Part shown: positions 23,724-36,258 of the stretch, in pieces | Layout: every line of letters starts with the position of its first letter | How positions within the stretch are numbered: position 1 is the first letter of the stretch | The notes under the pieces: generated by a model | What the model was told of the DNA's origin: nothing | What the model saw: the letters and a program-made list of their open reading frames with translations, nothing else | The model's database searches: none | Position numbers and translations under genes: made by a program | Source of the DNA: Octopus sinensis | Taxonomy: Eukaryota | DNA length: 64,000 nucleotides | Assembly (NCBI RefSeq): GCF_006345805.1 | Contig: NW_021832123.1 | Span: 62,001-126,000 of the forward strand | Direction of reading: 5' to 3'

Positions 23724-23941
23724 TAAATTTAAATATTTTATTTCATCTTTTAATATTAGGTCGACCAATCCCCAAAAAATGGAATTTACCTCAATTTCCT
23801 TTTTCAATGAAATTAATTAAAATAAAATAATTATATACAAACAAATTTGTTAATAAATATTGCGTGCAGAAGGGCGAGTGTATATCGACTTGAACTTCAA
23901 TTCCCTATCACACTTCCGCAGTCTCTCCTTCTGTCGATAAA

Positions 23942-25274
23942 CTAAAATAATGACTCGAAATAACCGAGCGTCCACATGAGGAGGATTATCGTCGACAGGA
24001 TGAGGACTAAGACCAGGAGGGCAATCCAGGCGTGAACGTACTGCATCCTCGACTTGGACAGTTGAAGACTGAGCACGTCGATCTCAATTTCTTCTAAGAA
24101 TATAACAATTTCTGGTAACCTTTGACGAGAAGGGTTTGGCTGTGGTCCACGGACTGCCCGTTCATCACAAAACACGAAAGTACTCGATCCTGCTGCCCCG
24201 AAGAGAATATATCCTGATAATCCAAAATAATGGTCGACAAGCCCCGAGTGCCTCCAATTTCTACCAATAATTAGGAAAGAAGACCTGTGCTCGAATCGTC
24301 ATAGTACCAACGGATGTGGGGATTGGGTGACCCCTCAAATGAACAATCGAATTTGACTAACTTCTGAGAGACCAAAGTTCTCTCCTCGAAGTATTTCAAT
24401 ATTCGTATTTGCTCTATGCATACTCGTGTGGTTCAAACTCTCCAATTCAAGTCGAAAGTTCAGGACATTTCCTTGGCAGTCCTCACATTTGTAATTCCCG
24501 CTCTTCATCAGGCTAATGTTGAGGTCTTTCCCTTTTTGTGTGTATCGGATTTGTCCCCCACTGAAATGCTGAGGCGAGGAAACCAAAGTGAGGAGAGGCA
24601 GAGTGGGCCGACTGGGCTGCCGTCCGTGAGTTCAATCAGGCCGTTGTCGGGAGGGTACATCATCCCAGAGACTGTGTGGGTCACACATCAACTCACACCG
24701 TCGATTGGGAAATAAAACACGGCGTAGTCACAAATCTTAACCGATCCTTGAAAGCAGGCGACCGAATGGATGATTCCCTCAATATAGGCCCATTCTATCA
24801 ACTGCCAACATAACAACACCTCCGTCCAAAAACGTGACATCCTTCCCGCAGTCGATCGGTTTGTTGGGCAGAGACCTGAGGGGCAGCGAGGAGTATTTGA
24901 ACAGGAGCCCCTGGGGATATGTCTGTATGAGCCTTTTGGGCGACTGAACGGACTCTGTGGAGTGAATAGACTGAATACTGAGAAGTATCAATTCGATAGG
25001 AGGGGAGTATATCTTGGCCGAGTCATACGATGCGATGCACTGTAGTGTCCCGGAAAGAGGGGAAGGGACTGTCAGAATGTGAGTCCTGCCCACAGTCTTC
25101 CCGTCCAACCGCCACTCTACTCTGATCTGATGAGTACAAACACTACTCTGCCGAATCGGGATTCGTTCGGCAAACCAATTCCATGCCCGGATTGGAGTAC
25201 ACGCGAAAGTAGGGTAATTGAGTGAACTTGAGTCGTGCCTGTGTGAGGGCACAAATCAGAAATGTGGTGAGCAT
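23942..25274 (-). CDS. Ig-domain type I membrane protein with a very short cytoplasmic tail
   Basis: Signal peptide MLTTFLICALTQA; Ig motifs (LVCRT..VEWRLDG..LQCIA; GNYKCED; GSPNPHIRWY..LSCFVMN); TM AWIALLVLVLILSTIILLMW near the C-terminus. Confidence 0.7.
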
Positions 25275-26149
25275 AATTATAAACCGCATTTGTGCGCACT
25301 GGAGGTTTATGAGAGTTGACGATCACGCAAAACTCTGCTAATTTTACATTTCAGATCAATTCGAATATCACGTTTTTTGATCAATTTATTTTATTTATCG
25401 ACTTTTTTTATTATCGATCACGTGCTGGTTGAGGACAGGGGGGACTCTGTTCTCGGAAACACTTATTTGGAATGCAATATAGTTTATGTTCATAATTCAC
25501 GTTGCCAAGACTGCCTTGTTTTAATCGTATTGTGTTTCGAATCGAGTTTCACATTTAATATTTCTTTCGTATACATTTTTAATGCACAATGAAATCATAC
25601 CTCCGACGAGCAAATGAGCACTCAATACAACAAACACAAAATAAATTTAGAACTGAAGCAGCCCTTCTAGTGATGTTAGATTAATTCAGCTAAACTAATC
25701 ATCGAAACACATCACAAGGTTGAGTAGATTTAAGAATGGAATGTTAGAAAGCCACGATAATACGCAAACATTTGGACAATCTCATAGGCATGATAAGGAT
25801 GGAGTACACATTTTTGGAGTGCAAATAATTCGGATAATAATATTTATTTATAGTTATTCTGAAGGTTTTATTATTCATTAACAACTAAACCAAAAATGAA
25901 ACGTAATGAGAAATTAACCTGCTCTCCGGAAATTTTTCTCCTCTTGGGAGAACTATCTACCAACTCACTTTTTTTGATTTCATGGTCCGAATTATTTATA
26001 ATTTGCACATTTGTTTCATCCGGGAATCGTCGCAAAATCTGTTTGTCATTTCAACCAACTGGTTGCCGTAATGACTTCTCGAGGCGTATGAATCCCATGC
26101 CTATGCTCACCCCATGCTTTCTAGTGTCTTCTTCATCACAAGTGTCTGA

Positions 26150-26950
26150 ACGTATGTTTTCGCCGGCTCCTAAACTAATTAATTTTTTATTTGTAGCACA
26201 TTGAAACCATCTCGCCCCATGTTAGCACAATTGGAATATTTTTACAAATGCCCGTAAAGTATCTTATGTTCTCCACACTGAAGATTGTATTTATTCTCGA
26301 GTTTCTCCTGCGATGTAATTCCTACTTCAATTATGGTAATCTCATTCACAATCTTGTTGCAGATAAAGATATTGAACTGAACTTGGTATCTGTCAATATT
26401 GATGTATCCACCCGTATCGCGACACTTTTAGTTGATAAACTATATTTTACTGAATGGGACTTTAACTTCCCGTTTTCTTTACTTTAAACTGTCCACAAAC
26501 CTGCAAATGAATGCATCTCACATAGTCACTGTTTACCATTCTGTTACACCACTTGATATACTGTCTTTTAGTTTATTTGCAGTAACAACACAACGCACCA
26601 AGCACAGAAAAAACAAATTTCTATCTTGCAAGCGGCAACAGAAGGCTTCACTTGGTGTATTTGTCCCTTTGACAACCAATCACTACATTTTGAAATCAAA
26701 ATTAGAATCCCCTTTACATTTGAACATGACAGAATAAAATGATTTTCCAGTGATAGTTAGAAGCAAGAAATCCTGCGAGTTGCCATATGCGGTTTCTGTT
26801 TTTAATAACCCGCAAGATCCCCTGACTTTTGATTTCTTCACCAGGGGGTCGAAGAACTGAAGCAGCATTCAATATTATAAGCAATTGGTCAACCCCTTTC
26901 CCATGTTCTTTCATGAGAGTACAACCACTCTTTCTTTATTGGCTGGCATC
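26150..26950 (-). mobile_element. Degenerate non-LTR retrotransposon C-terminus (CCHC + restriction-like endonuclease, R4/R2-like)
   Basis: Broken frames give FCCRLQD.., VDTSILTDTK.., ITIIEVGITSQEKLE, typical of RLE-type elements; boundaries approximate. Confidence 0.5.
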
Positions 26951-27154
26951 AAGTCTATTTTAAGTGTATTAAGTAGTCTTTGTATTTGGAGATCAATATC
27001 ATAAAGTTCAAAAGGTTCAATATTGATTAATCCATTTATAAATAATAATTGTGAAGATGACGCGTCACTTGTGGAATTCCACAATTCAATTTAAGTCCTA
27101 ATTCTCTTCTTTCCAAAATGAAGGCAAACAATAGGCTTTTTATTAAGTTTTAAT

Positions 27155-28328
27155 TTATGAATTAGAAAACACAGTTGGATGCAAACTAAGCAAGTAGCTA
27201 ACAAGTTGAATGGCAGTTTCCGCGGCGACACATGTATCCATGTAACAAGTCAAGATTTGACTGATAATGAAATTATAAACTCCGTCAGAAACAAACGTCT
27301 TCCAGTCGCTGCACCACTTAATGGTCTGCTTAATGAATTCCTCAGTTAACTCCGAATCCCAAATATGCACACTGCGCAACAAAAATTGTATATCATTGAT
27401 ATTTTGTCGAGGAACGATGTAAGTGATTTTAATTAAAACGGGGAATAAGTTATACACGAATTAATAAAGAGCCTGGAGGTCAGCTCAAAGTCGCCGCACT
27501 GCGTATCGAGTGGCAGTTTCCGCGGAGCAATGTCGGCAAGAAGGCGAGTCGCAGACCTGCCGACAATTCCAGATGTTTCGAAGGCGAGGGGGACAAACTC
27601 GTAAGAGTCCGAAATATTTCCATACTTCGACCTCTTAGCCTCCTCAGCCTGAGCACTGGCGGAACCCGGGTTAGTGATGGACTTGAGTAACACCGACGCG
27701 GAGAACGAGTCAACACAAGTTGCGTCCCAAATCAGGGACTTGCCTTCCCTGAAAGGGAAGGTAGTCATCCCGTCAGGAGGCTTTCCATCACTCCGGCAGA
27801 GACCGACTGGCTCTAGAGTGGAGGGGAAACCTGCCGACTCTAGAGCCCTTTTCACGACGTCATTGAGGTGAGTGTGGCGAGGAATTCTACCAGCACTCTT
27901 CTTGCACGAGAGGGCGTGCAAACCGTTCGGAGAGATCGTGGACCCGCACCGGCATGGGTGGGGCTGACAGATGTCCAGGCCCAAGCGTAAGCAGACACCA
28001 ATCCGTAAGGATTCGTCATCCAAGAGATGTCCCGTACTAGGGGTAGGGAGTGCATTGAGCCAGTCTCCCGTATGCGGCTGGCAAGCGCAGTTGAGAGATG
28101 CCAGTTGGACTTGGTCCAACTTTGACCGGAGTTTGCACAGAGTCTCTGAGCAAAAGACTTCGTCATAATTAAGACAACGATGTAAGTAACATGAAATATT
28201 GCCAAATTCAAAAGATTTGGAGTGCAGATTGTATGGCTACTAATATTTATTTCTAGTTATAAATTTATTGGTAATTATTATAATAAATAATAAAATACCT
28301 TCGTGTTGGTCTTGTTGTTGTTATCCAT
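27155..28328 (-). pseudogene. Unknown host coding region interrupted by the CRE-like insertion
   Basis: The frame NLAIFHVTYIV on the right flank continues as TYIVPRQNINDIQFLL.. on the left flank through the 12-bp TSD. A possible first exon MDNNNKTNTK has its ATG at 28328, but I could not splice it in frame. Confidence 0.35.
27425..28175 (-). mobile_element. 5'-truncated CRE-clade non-LTR retrotransposon (zinc knuckle + RLE region)
   Basis: GDWLNALP..LRLG..CRCG..HALSC..RHTHLND..LEP.GL...DGKPPDG...GKSLIWDATCVD..FVPLAFETSG..RGN; 12-bp TSD AACGATGTAAGT at 27413-27424 and 28176-28187. Confidence 0.85.
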
Positions 28329-28370
28329 TGAATGATAAAAAGTACTAAAAATGGTTGCATTCAAGACGAA

Positions 28371-29377
28371 ATGGATGCCCGATCCTTGATAAGGATAAAC
28401 AATCTCAGCAAGAAGACAACGACGGATGCTCGTGCCCGTATTACAAAATTGTCCTCAAAGACTCCTCAAATCTCTGCCAGTCCAACAGTGACCTTCAGTT
28501 CAAAAGTGAGTGAGACCGTGAAAGTGAGTTCAAAGTCGACTCCCAACAACTCCCGCTTGGTGAAACTCAACTAACATTCCAGATAACAGTCAAATCCCCC
28601 CAAAAAACAGAGACCAGACAGATCACGACAAAGAGGGCATTCTCTGTGAATATTCCAGGTATAAATTAGCCAAAATATTAAGAAAACCACCTGACAGTGG
28701 TGACGATGGAGAAGCCCCCCAAGCGGCTGTCGGTGAGTGTAAATTCCCACCGGAATGTGCAGAGTGGACTGCCGGGAGTCGACCCATCTCAGTTGGACAA
28801 CAAAATAGACCGGGAAATTGATTTGATGCTCAAGTCATACGGTCATGTGGACTTTTCCCAGCAATACTGCGTGGGGGACAGACAGGTGGAGTGGTGTGGC
28901 ATTGGCAGGACATCGAGTTGATCAGTCCTCTGCAGGGAGTCCGCATTTGTGTGGTGAACATGCCCGAAATAGTGACAGTCGACAATATATACGTATTCTG
29001 TCGTGTCTCACACAGTCAATATTCTCCGTCGTGGGGGGTGTCCTCTATGTCCAAATGGGCAAGAACAGAGCACACGTCACCATGAGTTCGGCCAGCGAGG
29101 CACAGGCGGCAGTCAGCAAGTTTAACCGACGGACATTCCACGGTGAGTAGTGCTGTATTACTGCAGACCGCACTCTCGAGGTGTCCTTGGTGGACGACGT
29201 GGAGAGGATTGTGGATGCCCGGGAGGAGTACGAGTGAGTGTTGTGGTGTATTCCAGCTATCCCACCTGCGGACAGAAGACTGAGGACATTCCCCTCCCCT
29301 CCCATGACCGCATTCTGTCCTTCATGTCCAATGGGGGGTCCACTTCCAGGCCTGTCTCGTTCATGGTGTATCTCTAA
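28371..29377 (+). CDS. POLDIP3: POLDIP3/SKAR-like RRM protein
   Basis: N-terminal DAR motifs (MDARSLI, DARARITKL), C-terminal RRM (ICVVNMPEIVTVDNI..AQAAVSKFNRRTFH), ending RPVSFMVYL*; micro-introns. Confidence 0.65.
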
Positions 29378-29448
29378 TTATTTCCTGTCTAATAAATGTT
29401 TTGAGAATATATAGTGGTGATAGAAAGGGAAATAATAAAGAATGGCAA

Positions 29449-30919
29449 TTAGTGTCTAAAAGATGAGCCAGAACAGTCCATGGAATCTCCGAGGAGAGGA
29501 AATTCAGCCCCGACTGAGATTAGGGAGGACCACAACCATTTTTATATGCGAAGGGAAAGGGATCACTACAACGACCATCGCACTCCACGACCACCAACAC
29601 GTCGACTATGGGAGAACGATAGTCGGACAAGTCTCCCAAATAAGGAGGTGTCTTGCAAAGGAGGTGAATCTGCGGAATAACACGGACATTCAACACAAGT
29701 GGAAAAGTTTGGGTCACTGTCGACCGAACAACTCCAAATAATATTGGAGGTGTCGAAGGAGGAAGGACTACTCCACTCACACTGCTCCACCGAACGGAAG
29801 AAGATCACTTTGCTGTCCTTTCCAAAGTTCCTGCCCATCAACACAAAATCGTCCCCCCCTTGGAGAGAAAGAGCACATTTGGGGACGACGTAGGAAATCT
29901 CGGGCTGTCCGGGGGGCTGGCCTGGGATGTGTGGACACGCCAACCACAGAATATGGGCGAACTGACAGTCTGCAAAACCATAACGAGATTGTCAGGTGCA
30001 GGGACAGTCACTCGCAGAACGAGATGACAAATATTGCTGTTATTCCGTTCCTTCCGTCCAAACAGTGACTCCACGTCAGTATTGCGGAGACGGACTATGC
30101 CCAGACAGTCCAGGCTGGGTATGACACACACAGTACATAATAATCATGTCCGACTCGGCACTGAACGTCATTTCCACCACCGACGTCCCATTGCACAAAA
30201 ACTCTTTGGAAAAATGTGCATTCTTGACCTGCGTCTTGGTTATTTGGTAGAAATGGCAGGGATCGCCCTTCTCAGTGCCCACAAAGACGTGGAGACGGGC
30301 ATCCATCCCCCGATACCCACACAACTGCACGTGACCACCCCACCTACCTCCACCGTCGGAAAGGAGTTGTGACTCTGGTCTCTCAACACTCCCCGCGATT
30401 TCTCCGTGTTATATCGAGCACGGTAATTCTTTTCGGGCTGCTGGAGCATTCGAAGACTCACATTGTTCATCGAACTGGGATATCGACAGATCGAGCTCTC
30501 GTCCCCTGAATTCCTCCGTCGAATGCCTCGTTTTGTCTTCTTCCCCCCTCTCCGCCCATTCCTGGAGTGTTGGTTGACCTGCCATTGAGGGGAGTCCTCA
30601 CCTCCTGGAATATGCTTTGGGAGAGGAGATGAGAGGACTCGTTGGTGAGGGTGTTGTCCTCTATGCTCCCGTCCGATATGTTCAGAGTGGATATCACCGG
30701 TTCCGAATCCGCGTCTGAGTCCACCTTGGAGTGAGTGGTGGGCAATACTGGCCAGGTGGTGAACCTCCCTCGTTCCTCGTTGGTGACAAGTTTCTTCATA
30801 AGACTGGTGAGAGTGATTCGTTCAGTGGGATTGCTCATTGCTGACTCGAGGAGAGTGACAATGGAGGAGGGATGATGGGGAGGATGTTCGTCGTGGCTTT
30901 CTAATATATATTTGTACAT
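29449..30919 (-). CDS. NFAT5: NFAT5/TonEBP-like Rel-homology transcription factor, truncated C-terminus
   Basis: QPEKNYRARYNTEKSRGVLRDQSHNSFPTV, DCLGIVRLRNTDVE, LQTVSSPIFC, IPT domain QPEI..FVLMGRNFGKDSKVIF; stop shortly after the IPT domain. Confidence 0.9.
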
Positions 30920-31108
30920 CTAATGCGGTTAAATAATGTTAATTTATTGGGCATTACAACCGCAATACATTCAACACTCACCGGAGGACAACACGTCGGA
31001 TATGAACTCAAAATCAGACATTACTCAACCACACCAACCACCACAATACATTTATTAAATAATTAAGGCAAAAATTTAAAAATATTAGAAATATTAGTGA
31101 GAATGAAT

Positions 31109-31804
31109 TCAAGAACAAGAGCACTTACTACGTCTCCCAATCTTGTCCAGTTTTTGTCCAGCCACAGGATTCCCAGTCCCGGCAGAGGCCACCTTGGCTG
31201 CAATGGCTGCCCTGGCTGCCTTTATGAACAACTGCAATGTGACACCCAAATCACATGTTCGACGTTCCCCTGGTAGGCACTGACAGCCTCAAACTCCATG
31301 CTGTTGTTTCTGGCGTACTCAGCCCCCTCCTGGTTGGTGACAGCAATCCCCTCCTGCAAGTCGTTCTTGTTGGACACTGGAGTAGTGAGGGAGACCAACC
31401 AAGGATGGTGGACACATTGGACGAGTCGCAGTTCCGATCCTTTTCCCCAATCCATTTATGCACAGAATTGAAGGAATCACGGTTATTCACGGCGTAGACA
31501 ATGATGACTGCGTTGGCTCCCCGGTAGTAGCTGGGGTGAGTGGGGGACTGTACGAGGAAGTGATTGTCCGGAACCGTTCTTGGCCGGCAGTGTCCCATAT
31601 CTGCATTTTGACTTTCTGTCCATCAATGTCGAGGATCTTTGTTTTAAAGTCGACGCCGATCGTGCTGATTTGGTTGGCCGACACGGAACCGGTGGAGAAA
31701 CTGTTGAGGATGGAGGTCTTGCCGACGGCTGGAGGAGTAAGGGCAATCTGCTTACACGATTCGCCTATTAAAAGAATCTTAATGAGGTTGTGGGGTCCTG
31801 CCAT
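31109..31804 (-). CDS. Rab GTPase, Rab1/Rab35-like, divergent
   Basis: Spliced [43 protein letters not shown], and C-terminal CSCS prenylation motif; four introns of 23-27 nt. Confidence 0.92.
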
Positions 31805-32219
31805 ACAAGAAATTTAAATTTATGCCATGAATTATTCATTTAAAATTTATATCAATTCTCACACAATTTGTGTTAAACATTAATTTGTGGAATATTCTCC
31901 ATCTACTCTTTCCCACATTTAAGAATGTGATCAATAAATGCTTCGTTTCCCAATCAACATGTCATTATAACCTTGGAATACAAAGAGAAGAAAGTCGACA
32001 GACTAATTACTCAATTATTAACACTTTCACGAGAGCCATAATGTTTATAAACCAGCAGGAAAAGATATTTGAGAACTAATTAGACAAGCTCTCCTGTTCT
32101 TTGCTAGGTTCCTCAGAGAGTCCATATCTACACATTAGAGGAGGGGCGAGGGTGTGACGTGCATCGATTTTTTCTGCACAACTGTCAAGAAAAATGTCTA
32201 GAAAGCAGAAGATACAGGA

Positions 32220-33560
32220 GAATATGCTTGTCTTAAAGATTCTTACATTCAATGCAAAAGGAATATCTAAGCCTCGGTCAAGAAATATTCTCTGATGACC
32301 TTGAAAGATATAAAGTTTTTATTGGATGTATACAAGAGACAAAAATTACGCACTACCTCGATAAAAACCATAAAAAATATCGACTAATATGCCTACCCAG
32401 TGACTCAAAACACCATGGTCCCGAATTCGCCATTAACAGAAAACTATTAGTTGACATACAGATCTTGGTTGATGAGAGGATCTGCGTAATACAGGTCAAC
32501 TGAACAACCAAAGCTCCCCTAAAATACACAAATTATAAATGATATGCGCCACATTGTGAAAGAGTGGCAAAAAACCTGACCAAACTGGATGAATTTTACT
32601 CAGCATTATTAAAAATGTACAACAAATATGAGCCGTCCTCATATTCATTTCCGAAACAAAAAAGAACTCAAAAGATACCTTCATGGGAAGACACAGACGT
32701 GGGAAAAGAAACTTTTCTGCGACAAAACGTGGCCATTTCTGCACAGCAAACAAACTGTTTTTGTGCAACAACGCATTCTCCCATTGTGCATGTCACATAA
32801 CCACTTGGATGGGCGAACGAAGAAACCCAGAAGGAAAACTAGTCCGGAATAATGACAAACGCTCTCTTGTAAACATACACTCAACAACTGTCAGTGATCA
32901 CAATATCATTATCACCTTCAATCTGACAAAACATGGTATAAAACATAAGAAACACAACAACATTACAAACAATATTATTGAGAATACAAGAAGTGGATAC
33001 GCAACGAAAAAACTGACCTCTCATCCAGATACAGTCAAAAATTACAAAAATACATCTGCTCCCATCTGAAGGACAAAACAGTAGGAATTTCGTTGGATGG
33101 CACAAAGCATATAATAAAAGAAGCATTGGAACGAATAAAAGGACCAGAATACCTATTCGAAAGTAAAAGTGGGCAAAAAAGAAAGATCAACAGCTGATGC
33201 AGTATGGAGTCACAGATGGAGATGTGCGACACATCAAAGAGATTTGACAGAAACAAACTGATGACAGTTATTGACGAATGGATTATTGACGAAGCGAGTC
33301 TAAGAATGACCCAAATCCTTCTATCTAACACAGAGCTCCTTGCGAGAGTTAGAAAACCTACTCAAGGAAATTTGAAACAAACACAGACTCCCCGTCTCCG
33401 CCAGAATATACTTGGAGGCCGCTATGAGGGAACTAAAATAATAGAAAAAGTGATTTATGCCGATGATGTTAACCTAATCTCTGAACACAAAGAACTCCTA
33501 AAAAATGTCGCGAGATCATTCGGTTCGTTGGAGACTTTTTGGACACGTCCTAGACCCAAC
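32220..33560 (+). mobile_element. Degenerate, internally deleted RTE-group LINE (same family as 10679-13695)
   Basis: LTFNAKGI, GCIQETK, MGRHRRGKRN..LFLCNNAFSH.ACHITTW, VIYADDVNL; many frameshifts and stops. Confidence 0.75.
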
Positions 33561-33629
33561 ACTACTAAAATTATACAATTTAATAATAATATATTTATTT
33601 TATTAATAATAAATATTTAATTTGTGTTG

Positions 33630-34412
33630 ATGTCGTCCCTTGCTTGTGTTGGAAATGACAAAACCATGAACATTAACCCTCTAATTCTGACCAATATCCA
33701 GTCCTCTCTGTACTTCAAGAACACTCTGGTGGAAATAACATCCTACGGGGATATAATCGACGAGATCTACAACCGAGTGTCCCACTTGGAGCCATGGGAG
33801 AAGGGAACCCGCCACCAGGGAGGTCAGACAGGAATGTGTGGCGGGGTAAGTATTTCTGAAGAGTAACTCATATTTGTTCTCTTAATTAAGTAGGTCCGTG
33901 GAGTGGGGTCGGGAGGGATCATCTCCAGTTCATTCTGCCTCCTCTACAAACTCCACACCATGAGACTTGGGGGGAGACAACTCCACGGACTCATCACCCA
34001 CCGGGACTCCCCCTACATTCGGGCTATGGGCTTCATGTACCTCCGATTCACACAACTCAAGACTCTTTGGGGGTGGTTCGAGCCATTCCTCAACGACCAC
34101 CAGCCTATTGACGTGAAGGCGGGGGGAGGCCACGTTATTTCCATTGGGGAGATGCTCAGACTGTGGTTGACCAAGCTGGATTGGTTTGAGACTATTTTCC
34201 CCCGCATTCCTGTGCCAGTCCACAAGGAGATTGATGCCAAGTTGAGAGAACTGGGTCCGTACAAGTCCCCTGTTGAGGAGAAGGGGAGAGAACGGAGTTA
34301 CTCCCCCAGTCCGTCTCCCCCTCCCAGACGTCGACGACACCACCGGAGAGAGACCTCCTATGAACGAAGATTGAGGAAGGAACACGAACGAATGAGGAGA
34401 AGACGTCGATGA
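33630..34412 (+). CDS. PRPF38B: Pre-mRNA splicing factor 38B
   Basis: GNDKTMNINPLILTNIQSS, HLEPWEKG..GQTGMCGG|VRGVGSGGIISS.FCLLYKL, DSPYIRAMGFMY, FPRIPVPV; one 48-nt intron; short Arg-rich tail. Confidence 0.95.
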
Positions 34413-35066
34413 CCCATTTAAGATTGTTCATTATTTACTTCCGCATTGCTTTGCTGCTTAGTCACTTGTCTGGCTGTGTAGACTGAAATAAAAATCATTT
34501 TCACTCAACACATTTACTCACTTTGCAATCTGTTTCGAGATTTACAGTAAATGAATTTATTTGGAAATAATTCTGTAATAGAAGTACTGTATAACTTTGG
34601 GTTGGAATTGTGGCCTGACGTATTGGCATTACGAAACATTTTTATTATTGAAATTGTTATCAAGATAACGTCCCCCAAATGCCTCATATTTCAGGTATGA
34701 ATCCACTATTATGACACATTTTGTAGTAACATAAACAATGCTTAATCCATTCGGCAAAAATTTACGATCAATAGCTGAGATAAAAGAAAGGCGGTTATTT
34801 TGTTGGTGTTATAAAATTACTTCTTTCGACGCCCTGAACTCAACGGGATCCCAAATAGGTTTTCTTCTGGAGTCAGTTTGCACTTTGCAAGAAATCATTA
34901 TATCAATTTGTTTGTGGTTTTAAATTTTTCAAAATTTATCTTCAACATTGAATCGACCTTAGAGAAGTTAAGAAACAATTTTAGAACTCGTTCTAAGAGG
35001 GACTGACTACATTTTTGATTTTGAAAACGCTTATAAAACGTCGAAATTGACATAAAAAATATTTTT

Positions 35067-35205
35067 CTGGACATCTGAAGTAGTGAAACTTACCGGACAT
35101 CATTTTCGGAAATAGCAAAGCTGGTGGGGGATAGAGTTTCGTGGAGGTACCTGTCTTACAGAATCGCCAATGGCCGGAATCGGCTGAATATGGCTTAACT
35201 TAATT
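35067..35205 (+). mobile_element. Short 3' fragment of the RTE-BovB-like LINE at 55198-56936
   Basis: Near-identical to about 56795-56935 (CTGGACATCTGAAGTAGTGAAACTTACCGG...GGCTGAATATGGCTTAACTT). Confidence 0.82.
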
Positions 35206-35367
35206 TATTTTTTCATTCAAATAGTTAGTGCCACATCATTGAAATACGTCTTTTGACCTCCTGAACTTAGTGGTGCAATCAAAGACTCGTGAAAATTACA
35301 TATTTTGCTATAGTGAACATATTATACTATTAGCTAAATAACATTTTATTAGAAATGACCATTAATG

Positions 35368-36258
35368 TTATATGACTAAGTTTTGATTATCGTAAAATGA
35401 AAATCCCCGTAGTCTGTTTATAAATTCAATGTCGAATATATTTCCTTGTATAGGGACAGTGGATCCTACACGTTCCATTTTTATGTTGTTAGTAATTTCA
35501 AATAACCCACATTCTTCGTTTTCCGTCTGTGTAGATTTGTCAATATTACTAATTCTGGCCACAATTGTCCCAATTGAACTACCCTCATCATCACAAATCG
35601 CTGATTTAAATATTCCTGTTTCTGCTAACGAAACTTGATCCTCTATATGGCCCTCAATTGACTCAAATGCAATATTCTGTTCGATTGGCTCTTCCTTGTC
35701 GCTATGGTAGTTTGTCATTTCTTCTTTTTCGTCTTCAAAACTAATTTTCCGTTCAAAGTTTTGGTCCAAAGTAGCAATTACGGGCTCTTCGTCAGGAATA
35801 GATTTTCTGTGAATTGATCCTTGATTATTTGTAGACATTCTGCGAGACATATTGAAAAGTGATTCGACAGAAATTGGAGATTCGATATAAGATGAAGACA
35901 AGTACTTCATCTCGTTCTTATTTATTGACTCATAACACGAAGAATTGTTTGAAATATATATTTCGCTATTCATTGTGAGCCATTCTGGGTAGAATATTTC
36001 GAGTTGACTTCTGATTGAGGCCAAAGCGTAGTTTGTAGACTCGTCTGAAAGTTTTTCTATGATTGAGGGTTCTTCCAAAATAGGTGACCACTTCTTAGCT
36101 ACTCCATTTGAACACAAAATTGCTTCGTTTCCATTTTTATGCATTCCGCGGACGGTGATGTGACTGAAACATGTGATTTGAGGATAATTCAAATTGAAGG
36201 ACTCATTGTTTAATTTTGAATAATTTAAGTCTGGAGAAATACGACCTGGGCTTGGCAT
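35368..36258 (-). CDS. Large exon of an uncharacterised Ser/Glu-rich protein; the gene probably extends on both sides
   Basis: 296-codon stop-free ORF in AT-rich DNA with splice-like signals at its ends; no domain recognised. Confidence 0.5.
   Translation of the reverse strand: MPSPGRISPDLNYSKLNNESFNLNYPQITCFSHITVRGMHKNGNEAILCSNGVAKKWSPILEEPSIIEKLSDESTNYALASIRSQLEIFYPEWLTMNSEIYISNNSSCYESINKNEMKYLSSSYIESPISVESLFNMSRRMSTNNQGSIHRKSIPDEEPVIATLDQNFERKISFEDEKEEMTNYHSDKEEPIEQNIAFESIEGHIEDQVSLAETGIFKSAICDDEGSSIGTIVARISNIDKSTQTENEECGLFEITNNIKMERVGSTVPIQGNIFDIEFINRLRGFSFYDNQNLVI

Noticed and set aside
27211-27525. 15-bp direct repeat TGGCAGTTTCCGCGG exactly 300 bp apart
   Set aside because: One copy is the conserved RGN-coding part of the CRE element and the other is in the host frame; it does not bracket a coherent element, and the 12-bp TSD explains the insertion better. 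Probably chance.
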